Shown here: piece after piece, positions 29,095 through 37,139 of the stretch
How the letters are laid out: every line of letters starts with the position of its first letter
Position numbering within the stretch: the stretch's first letter is position 1
From: an uncultured Thermoleophilia bacterium
GTDB taxonomy: Bacteria; Actinomycetota; Thermoleophilia; Gaiellales; Gaiellaceae
NCBI GenBank assembly: GCA_963799895.1
Contig: CAWCYR010000019.1
Span: 31,608 to 95,607 of the forward strand
Length of the DNA: 64,000 nt
Direction: 5' to 3'
Notes under the pieces: generated by a model
What the model saw: the letters and a program-made list of their open reading frames with translations, nothing else
What the model was told of the DNA's origin: nothing
The model's database searches: none
Translations under genes and position numbers: made by a program

Positions 29095-29137
29095 CCGATT
29101 GAAATATTGCGCCGGGTCCGATTCCCGCGGCCTGCTT
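29095..29137 (+). repeat. Degenerate copy of the ssrA 3' end with the same left flank as copy 3 (att-like copy 4)
   Basis: CCGATTGAAATATTG followed by CGCCGGGTCCGATTCCCGCGGCCTGCTT. About 80% identity to the ssrA core with a 1-nt gap. Confidence 0.65.
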
Positions 29138-29211
29138 CGAGCTCACTTCGGCCACGTTCACGTCGTTCTCGCATCCAAGGATTCGACCCCGTCGAGGGTA
29201 GGGTCGCGGCC

Positions 29212-29613
29212 ATGCCGTTTTCGCTCAGAAACCTCAAGCACGACCTGGAAGATGTCGGTTCCAATTTCGACGGTGTGTCGGACCTGGAGTTTCGCCTGGC
29301 TACCGATGCGTTGAAACTCGAGCAGTCCGGCTTGTCTTACCAGCGCATCCCGCCTGACTACCGGTTCCCGTACGGACACACGCACAAGGAGCAGGAAGAG
29401 GTGTACGTCGTCGTACGCGGGAGCGGACGGATGAAGCTCGACGACGAAATCGTCGAGCTCAGAGAGTGGGACGCCGTCCGCGTCGCACCCGGTACGTGGC
29501 GAGGCTACGAAGCAGGGCCCGAGGGCCTCGAGATCATCGTGATCGGAGCGCCCAGCCTCGGCGAAAATCGGCGTGCTGACGTCGACGGGCAGCGCGATTG
29601 GTGGACTGACTAG
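29212..29613 (+). CDS. Cupin-domain protein
   Basis: Internal ATG 29212 of ORF 28894..29613. PYGHTHKEQEEVYVVVRGSGRMKLDDEIVELREWDAVRVAPGTWRGYEAG is a cupin_2-type beta-barrel motif. Confidence 0.7.
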   Translation: MPFSLRNLKHDLEDVGSNFDGVSDLEFRLATDALKLEQSGLSYQRIPPDYRFPYGHTHKEQEEVYVVVRGSGRMKLDDEIVELREWDAVRVAPGTWRGYEAGPEGLEIIVIGAPSLGENRRADVDGQRDWWTD

Positions 29614-29655
29614 CGTCCGCCGTGTCCGCGGTCAGGCCTTGCGATCCGAGAAACG

Positions 29656-30079
29656 TCACGAGGTCTGCAAGCCGGGAAAGACAGCCCGCAGGCCTGCCTC
29701 GACACAGGCACGGTCGTCGTCACCGCTCGCGCCACTCGCTCCGGCTGCGCCCAGCACGGTCTCGCCGCTTCGGATCAACACGGAGCCCGGCCCCGGAATG
29801 AGTGGTAGCCGCGTGAGGCTGCTGACCGCGTCGAAGAATCCCTCGTGGTTCTCACGGCCGGCGGCAAGCAGCTCGCCGTCGCGGTGCCAGAGCGCCGTTC
29901 CGGCTGCCTTCGCTTCGGCGATCTGCGCCGAGAGCGGGAACGCGCCGTCCATACGGCCGAGCGCGACGAGCGTGTCCGCCCTCGTCGACGACCGCGACCG
30001 CGATCTTCCAGCCGTTGGCGAGCGCATGGTCGTTCGCGGCTGCGATGAGGACATGGGCCTGCGCGAGGCTCAGCGGCAT
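29656..30079 (-). CDS. GlcG/HbpS-like (DUF336) haem-binding family protein, one frame change near 29975
   Basis: The N-terminus MPLSLAQAHVLIAAANDHALANGWKIAVAVVDEGG is in ORF 29852..30079. It continues as DTLVALGRMDGAFPLSAQIAEAKAAGTA...VLGAAGASGASGDDDRACVEAGL in ORF 29656..30054. Confidence 0.65.
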
Positions 30080-30131
30080 CGCCGCAACGTAGCCGCAACA
30101 GCCGCGGCGGAGTCATCCGCGGCGGTGCAGC

Positions 30132-30512
30132 TCAGCGCGTGAAGCCGCCGAGGTGGGACGACTTGACCGCGAGCGGCACGCCGGCCCCGGCCTGGCGCTC
30201 CAGCATTTCGAGGACTCCGCTGCCCGGCGTACCGAACACCTGGATGCTCGTCGTCGCGGCGACCGTCTCCGCATATGCGGCGGCCGCGCGCTCGGCAACG
30301 ACCTCCATGTGAAACGCCATCGACTCGGCATCGGGGTGGATCTGGACAACGGCGACCTCGGTGCCCTCATGGTTGACGTACTCGTTGAATGCGATCAGCC
30401 GCGGTTCGTTCGCCTCGACGAAATCGACGAGGCCAGGCACTCGCTTCCTCTCGTCTGCGAGCTTCCCTGGCTTGAGCCGGTTGGTCGCGATGAAGATGAA
30501 TGGGCTCGACTC
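30132..30512 (-). CDS. Dimeric alpha/beta-barrel (ABM-like) protein, start codon unclear
   Basis: The ORF track starts at GTG 30440. The same frame is open and protein-like upstream (ESSPFIFIATNRLKPGKLADERKRV...) back to a GAG codon at 30512-30510, which is preceded by AAAAGGAGG at 30525-30517. Confidence 0.5.
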   Translation of the reverse strand, partial: ESSPFIFIATNRLKPGKLADERKRVPGLVDFVEANEPRLIAFNEYVNHEGTEVAVVQIHPDAESMAFHMEVVAERAAAAYAETVAATTSIQVFGTPGSGVLEMLERQAGAGVPLAVKSSHLGGFTR

Positions 30513-30556
30513 GCCGCCTCCTTTTGGTTGAGTTCCTCGCCCGGTAGCCTTGATCG

Positions 30557-30985
30557 GTGGAGCCCCGCGTCGATGTAATCACGTTGGCCGTCGAGGACCT
30601 TGAGCGGGCTCTACGGTTCTATCGCGAGGGGCTCGGCTTCGAGTCGAGCGGCGTCATCGGAACGCAATGGACGGACGAGGAATCCGGCGCGAACGGCGCC
30701 GTCGCGGTGTTCAAGTTCGCGAGTGGGTTGCTCCTCAGCCTGTACCCGCGCAGTGACCTCGCCAAGGACGCAGCGATTCCCGCCGGTCCAGCGCGCCCCG
30801 GCGAGTTCAGCCTGGGACAACTCGTGCAAAGCCGCGCCGAGGTGGATGCGTTGATCGAGAAGGCCGAAGCCGCCGGGGCGGCCGTTACCGCGCCGCGCGA
30901 CAGGCCGTGGGGCATCTACTCCGGCTACTTCCGCGACCTGGACGGCCACCTTTGGGAGATCATCTGGAACCCGAATAGAGACTGA
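30557..30985 (+). CDS. VOC (glyoxalase/bleomycin-resistance/dioxygenase) family protein
   Basis: 142 aa. VDVITLAVEDLERALRFYREGLGFE ... YFRDLDGHLWEIIWNP is a typical VOC fold signature. Confidence 0.8.
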   Translation: MEPRVDVITLAVEDLERALRFYREGLGFESSGVIGTQWTDEESGANGAVAVFKFASGLLLSLYPRSDLAKDAAIPAGPARPGEFSLGQLVQSRAEVDALIEKAEAAGAAVTAPRDRPWGIYSGYFRDLDGHLWEIIWNPNRD

Positions 30986-31161
30986 TCGACCGGGGGCTCT
31001 GACTCCGGGTGTGCGATCACGGAATGGTCCGCGTCGCGCTCGGGACGGATGACGACGCCCTAGGCCACGGGTGGCGATGGTAATCGGGGCGGTCCGAGAG
31101 CCGGTCCGCTAGCGAGGGTGGAAAGATCCGCGGCTCGAGCTCTTGTCCACTGACCGCGTAG

Positions 31162-31907
31162 GGAGCAGCAGCTGGCCGGCCCGACGTCGGATCGGCTCCT
31201 CGGGCCGCTTTCGCGGGGCTCCTCGCGGCGATCGGCCTGTTCGTCGCCGGAGCCGCCGTGTCGGTCACCCACGGCGTGCAGGAGCTCCGCAACCCCGAGC
31301 CCGCGTCCGACTTCGTCGTCGGCTATGTCGTGCTCGCGTTCTCGTTCATCGTCGAAGGGATCTCGTTCGCGCGATCTGTGCGGCAGACGAGGCCCGACGC
31401 TGAGCTTTTCGAGCGAGACCTGATCGCGCAGGTCATGGCGACATCCGACTCGACGTTGCGCGCGGTCTTCGCCGAGGACGCCGCGGCACTGATCGGGATC
31501 GTGATTGCCGCCGTCGCTCTGGGCGCGCACGAGCTGACCGGCTCCGCCGTCCCGGACGCCCTCGAATCGATTCTCATCGGCCTGCTGCTGGGGGCCGTCG
31601 CGCTCTTCCTGTTCAACCGGAACCGGCAGTTCCTCGTCGGCCAGGAGGCCGATCCGCGCGTGCGCGCGGCCGTGGTGCGTGCGCTGCTCAGCGAGCCCGA
31701 GGTCGCACGCGTCACGTATCTGCGGTTGGAGATCGTCGGCCCGCGGATGGTCTCGGTCGTCGGAGCTGTCGACCCCACCGGCGACGACACCGAGTCGCAC
31801 TCGCCGTCCGGCTGCGGGCGCTCGAGGGGAAGCTCGACGCGTCGCCCGCGGTCGCCGGGACCGTGCTGAGCCTGTCCGCGCCCGACGAGCCTTCGCTCGC
31901 GGAGTGA
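31162..31907 (+). pseudogene. Cation diffusion facilitator (CDF) family transporter fragment, 5'-truncated and frameshifted near 31800
   Basis: In-frame TAG at 31159-31161. Only the C-terminal two thirds are present (LAAIGLFVAGAAVSVTHGVQELRNPEP...VVLAFSFIVEGISFARSVRQ...RVTYLRLEIVGPRM). The tail LAVRLRALEGKLDASPAVAGTVLSLSAPDEPSLAE* is in another frame and ends at 31907. No upstream sequence encodes TM1-2. Confidence 0.6.
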
Positions 31908-31968
31908 GCGCTCCTGCTGCTCGCCTGGTCCGTTTGCCAGGCCACTGAAAACAAGCAACAATCGTGAC

Positions 31969-34900
31969 GTGGCGTTCTGCCCGAGCTGCGGTCGCCCTGT
32001 GCCGGCCGAGGCTCGTTTCTGTCCGAGTTGCGCCAGTCCGGTCATGGTCGCCCAGCCGGAAGGGGCGAGCGAGGAGCGGAAGCTCGCCACCGTGCTGTTT
32101 GCCGACCTCGTGGGCTCGACGCAGCTCGCAGGCTCCCAGGATCCGGAGCGCACGCGCGCCCTGCTGAACCGGTTCTACGACGCGATGGCGGCCGAGATCG
32201 CCGGCGCCGGCGGGACGGTCGAGAAGTTCGTCGGGGACGCCGTCATGGCGGCCTTCGGTGCACCGGCCGCGCAGGAGGATCATGCCGAGCGCGCCCTGCA
32301 CGCCGCGCTGTCGATGCAGCGGCGGCTCGAGGAGCTGTTCGGCGATGCACTGTCGCTGCGGATCGGCGTGAACACCGGTGACGTCGTGGTGGGGCAGCCG
32401 CGCGAGGGCAGCTCGTTCGTCACCGGCGACGCGGTCAACGTAGCGGCCCGCCTCGAGCAGGCGGCCGAGCCGGGCGAGATCCTGGTCGGCGAGCGGACGG
32501 TCGCCGCGGTGGGAGGCGCCTTCGAGTTGGGCGAGCAGACGGCCGTCGAGGCGAAAGGGAAAAGCGACGGGGTCCCGTGCCGCCGGCTGATCCGAGCGCT
32601 CACGCTGATGCGGCCGCGCGGCGTGGGCGGGCTCGGTCATTCCTTCGTCGGTCGCGAGCGGGAGCTCGAGGCGCTCCAACGCGCGTACGGTCGCGCGGTC
32701 GGGGAGCGGAAGCCGCAGCTCGTCACGGTCATCGGCGATGCCGGAATCGGGAAGACGACCCTGATCCGGCAGTTCTGGGAGTGGCTGGGAGTGGAATCGC
32801 CCGAGACCAGCCGGCGCACCGGCCGCTGCCAGTCGTACGGGACCGGCGTGGCGTACATGCCACTCGGCGAGATCGTTCGCGAGCACTACGGTCTGCTCGA
32901 GAGCGACGCGCCCGACACGGTGCGGCGAAGGCTCGGGAGCCGCGCGATCCTCGGTCTCACGTTAGGGCTCGAGGCGCCGCCCGACCTCCATCCACTCGTC
33001 GCGCGCGACCAGCTGCGGCAGGCCTGGGTGGCATTCCTCGACGACCTCGTTGCCGAACGGCCGGCCGTCGTGCTGGTCGAGGATCTGCACTGGGCCGATG
33101 ACGCTCTCCTCGACCTCCTCGAGGCAGGGCTGGACGACGTCCAGGGTCCGCTCCTTTTCGTTGCGACCGCGCGTCTCGAGCTCGTCCACAGCCGGCCGGC
33201 GTGGGCCGGGCAGGGTCGTGGTCGTGACGGCGAGACCCTCTGGCTGGAGGCGCTGTCCGCGTCCGACTCCGCTCGTATGGTCGACGAGCTGATTCCCACG
33301 GAGTTGCCGGCGCACGTTCGAGACGTGGTCATCGATCGAGCCGCAGGGAACCCCTTCTTCGTCGAGGAGCTCGTCCGCACGCTGATCGACAACGGCGTGC
33401 TCGAACGCCGCAACGGGAGCTGGACGGTGCAGCGAGCTGGCCGGCGACTTCGCAGTTCCCGACAACGTGAAGGCCGTCCTGGCCGCCCGGATCGACCTGC
33501 TCACACCCGCCGACAAGGCCGGCCTTCAGGCGGCGGCGGTGATCGGTCGCACGTTCTGGGCCAGTCCCGTCTACGAGCTGCTGGGCGAGGTCGAGCCGGA
33601 CTTGCGGCTCCTCGAGGAGCGCGACTTCATCCGCCACCGATCCAGCTCGTCGCTCGCCGGTGAGCGGGAGTTCGTGATCAAGCACGCCCTCACGCGCGAG
33701 GTGGCGTACGGCAGCCTCCCGACGGTGAAGCGCGCCCGCCTGCACGCGGGTTTTGCGGACTGGCTCGAGCGTGTGGGCGCGGCACGAGACGAGCATGCCG
33801 CGTTGCTCGCGCACCACTACGCCGAGGCGGTACGCCCCGAAGACGTCGACCTCGCCTGGCTCGAGGACGGGGAGGAGCTGCCACGCCTGCGGGCGCAGGC
33901 CGTCATCTGGCTCCGCCGGGCGGCCGACCTCGCGGTCGGCCGTTTCGACATCGAGGACGCGCTCGAACAGCTGCGCCGTGCGCTCGAGCTTGCCCCGGAG
34001 GATGTTGACCTGTGGTGGGCGACGGCCCGGGCGCACTCGCTCAAGTTCGACGGGGAGGCCTACTGGGAGGCCATGCTGCAGGCGATACAGGTCGCGGAGG
34101 ATCGGGAGACGCTCGCCGAGCTCTACGGCGAGCTTGCGCTTGTGACGACGTTGCGCGGGGCCATGTGGAAGCGCTTTCCCGCGCATGAGCTCGTCCGTGG
34201 CTGGGCCGATCGCGCGCTCGAGCTGGCAGAGCCCGGGAGCCGGCCGCAGGCGCAGGCCGAGCTGGTCCTCGCGAATCAGGAGGATGACGTCGAGGCGGCC
34301 GACCGCGCGATCGAGATCGGCGAGCGGCTTGACGATATCGAGCTCATCTCAGCCGGCTACGGCACGCGCGCCGGGATCGCGTTCGTGACCAGCGAGTACG
34401 GCGAAGCCATCGCCTGGGATCGACGGAGCCGCGGTCTCGATGACAGGGTCACCGATCCCGATCAGCACGCCTTGAACGGGTACTTCTCGACCGTCCTCGA
34501 CCTGGGCCTGGCACGCTTCGACGAGGCGCGAGCGCAAGCCCGACGGGTCGTGGAGCTCGCTGAACAGCTGAGCGCACACCACGTCGTCCACGGCCTGGGC
34601 GCGACCCTCTTCGTCGAGGAGGTGACCGGTCGCTGGGACACGATCCGCGCGCTGCAGCCCCGCATCGAGGACAGCATTCAGGCCAACCTCGCGACACCGT
34701 GTGTCCTCAACGCACACCTGCTGCTCTCGTGTGCGGCGGCCTGCGCCGAGCTCGGCGACGCACCGGAGGCGCACCGGCTCGAACGCGCCGAGGAGGAGCT
34801 CGGCATGGACAGCTACGAGCCCTTCCTCGACCCGTTACGTGCCCGTCTCGCCCTCATCCGCGGCGACCTCGACGCGCTGCGCGGGCTGCTCGGGAAGATG

Positions 34901-35158
34901 GAGCTGTGGCACTGGGTGACCCACAGCCACCTCGTGGGAGTGACGACTCGCCTCGACACGCTCGTCGCACTCGAGCGCGTGGACGAGGTCGAAGAATCGG
35001 CGCCGCGCCTCCTGCAGCCCGGAACCTATGTCGAGCCGTTCGCGCTCCGCGCCCTCGGACGCGTCCGCGGCGACCCCGAGCTCGTGGCCCGGGCGATCGA
35101 CCGCTTCGAGGCGCTTGGGCTCGACTGGCACGCCGCCCGGACGGTGGCGGCCGCGTAG
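31969..35158 (+). CDS. Zinc-ribbon, class III adenylate/guanylate cyclase, AAA/STAND ATPase and TPR protein, one frame change near 33433
   Basis: CPSCGRPVPAEARFCPSCASPV; cyclase motifs VLFADLVGST, KFVGDAVMAAFG and TGDAVNVAARLE; P-loop GDAGIGKTTL. After ...RRNGSWTVQR the protein continues as ELAGDFAVPDNVKAVLAARIDLL... in the frame of ORF 33467..35158. Confidence 0.8.
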
Positions 35159-35173
35159 TACCGAACTTGTGCC

Positions 35174-35653
35174 TCACCGTTCGGCGAGGCGAGAGAGCAT
35201 CGTCTCGACGCGATCCAGACGTGCTCCCAGGTCACCGAGTGCGGCCTCGATTCGCGCATCCGCCTTGTCCTGGTGCGCGGCCTCCGCCGCATCGCGCTCC
35301 GCTTCCGCTCGCGCGACGAACGTCGAGGTGATCGCCGCGATGATGATCGTGAGGAAGGCGATGCCCTCGAGCATCACGAACGCGGCGACGATTCGTCCGG
35401 ACGTGTGCGCGGGGGTCACGTCTCCGTAGCCCACCGTGGTCACGGTCTGAAGCGCCCACCACATGCCGACCCAGACGTTCGGGTACTCGTCGTGGTCGAG
35501 GACGCGCATCGCGACACCGCCGCCGATGACCACGACCGCCGTTGCCGTGACGATGACGCCGGCGGCCGTCCGAACGGAGGGAGGTTCGCGCAGGAAGCGC
35601 GACATGCGCCGCTCGATCAGGTTCGGGCGTGGGACCCGGGGCATGTGTTCCAC
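35174..35653 (-). CDS. Minimal two-TM potassium channel (TVGYGD filter), paralogue of 28512..28949
   Basis: 159 aa. ...VWVGMWWALQTVTTVGYGDVTPAHTSGRIVAAFVMLEGIAFL... followed by a C-terminal helical tail. Confidence 0.8.
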   Translation of the reverse strand: MEHMPRVPRPNLIERRMSRFLREPPSVRTAAGVIVTATAVVVIGGGVAMRVLDHDEYPNVWVGMWWALQTVTTVGYGDVTPAHTSGRIVAAFVMLEGIAFLTIIIAAITSTFVARAEAERDAAEAAHQDKADARIEAALGDLGARLDRVETMLSRLAER

Positions 35654-35773
35654 CCTAATTCCAGAGCGTCGGCTGAACGGCGCTCCTGGCAGGATGCGAT
35701 CCAGATGGAGGGTCTCTAGGTGGCTGAGGGCAGCATCGCCGCAAGCGCGGCGCTGGTTCCGGGTCGTACGGCA

Positions 35774-37133
35774 ATGTCCCCGAGGAGGCTGATCCTTCCG
35801 CTCGCGCTCGCGCAGTTCATCTGCAGTTTCGCCGGCTCGAACATGAACGTGATGATCGCCGACATCAGCGAAGACCTGAATACGGACGTCAAGGGCGTGC
35901 AGACCGCCATCACGCTCTTCCTCCTGATCATGGCGATCCTGATGATCCCCTGTAGCAAGCTGACCGACCGCTGGGGGCGCAAGCGCTGTTTTATGTGGGG
36001 CCTCACGCTCTACGGAATCGGCGCCCTGGTGAGCGCAGTCTCGCCGAACCTCGGAGTGCTGATCCTCGGAAACTCGGTGTTCGAGGGCGTCGGTACCGCG
36101 CTCTTGATCCCGCCCGTCTACATCCTCGCGACGCTGTGGTTCAGCGATCTCACCTCACGTGCCTGGGCCTTCGGGGCGATCAGCGGGCTGGGCGGCATCG
36201 GCGCCGCCGCGGGCCCGTTGATCGGCGGCGTGATCGCGACGGGAATCAGCTGGCGGGCCGCGTTCGTCTTCCAGGCTCTGGTCGTTGCGACCATCATCCT
36301 GCTGAGTCGTCGCCTGGTCGATCCGATCCCTGCGGACCCGACGAGACCCTTCGACGCCGTCGGGGCGATCCTCTCGGCGGTCGGCATGTTCTTCGTCGTT
36401 TTCGGGATCCTGCAGGCCGGCACGCGGAACGTGCTGTTCGTCGTCTTCCTCGTGCTTGGCCTCGCGTTCCTGATCGGGTTCTACCTCTACATCCGGGCGC
36501 GTGAGCGCGCAGGGAAGGAGGCGCTGCTCTCGACGAAGCTCTTCAGGAACCGGACCTCCAACCTCGCTCTCGTCACCCAGAACCTCCAGTGGCTTCTGCT
36601 CATGGGTGTGTCGTTCGTCGTCTCCGTGTACCTGCAAGAGGTTCGTGGATACAGCGCGATCGGGACGGGCGTTGTGTTCACTGCCGCGACCGTCGGCGTC
36701 CTGGTCTCGTCCTTCGCTGCACAGCGACTTGCAAAGAAGTATTCGCAGCGGACGCTGATCGTCGCGGGCTTCCTCGTCACCCTCGGCGGGATCGCGCTCT
36801 TGCTCGGCTTCGTGCATTCGTCCTCGAGGGTCGTCGCGTTCGTGCCCGGACTCCTGCTCGTCGGTCTCGGCCTCGGCGGCCATGCTCACGCCCTCGGTGA
36901 ATGTGGTCCAGTCCAGCTTCCCCGAGGACATGCAGGGCGAGATCTCGGGCCTCTCACGCAGCGTGTCCAATCTGGGCTCGACCTTCGGCACCGCGATCGC
37001 CGGCACGATCCTGGTGTCCGTCGTTGCGCTTGGAACCAAGTCCTACGCGGTCTCGATGATCGTCCTTGCCGTCTTCGGGTGCATCGGTCTCATCGCGGCC
37101 CTGCGCCTCCCTGCGGAGATCGAGAGGGCGTAG
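35774..37133 (+). CDS. MFS transporter (DHA-type drug/H+ antiporter-like), one frame change near 36880
   Basis: MSPRRLILPLALAQFICSFAGSNMNVMIADISEDL..., motif A-like LTDRWGRKRC, and multiple TMs. After ...LLLVGLGLG the protein continues as MLTPSVNVVQSSFPEDMQGEISGLSRSVSNLG... in ORF 36882..37133. Confidence 0.75.
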
Positions 37134-37139
37134 CGCTCG

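Noticed and set aside
28446-29137. T-arm-like sequences considered as tRNA genes or pseudo-tRNAs
   Set aside because: Only the T-arm and the 3' acceptor strand are present. No matching 5' acceptor strand, D-arm or anticodon arm exists within 80-100 nt upstream. They are partial duplications of the ssrA 3' end.
29179-29191. GGATTCGACCCCG as a fifth ssrA-derived repeat
   Set aside because: Only 13 nt with one mismatch to copy 2, and no similarity beyond the T-loop. It is mentioned under the main finding but is too short to call on its own.
26479-31161. Search for integrase, excisionase or transposase genes that would define a mobile element next to ssrA
   Set aside because: None of the ORFs of 60 aa or more in any frame shows tyrosine/serine recombinase or DDE motifs. 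I therefore did not annotate a mobile_element feature and report only the repeat scars.
31060-32886. 608-aa minus-strand ORF opposite the CDF fragment and the cyclase-STAND gene
   Set aside because: No motifs, Arg-rich, and antisense to two plus-strand genes with clear family signatures.
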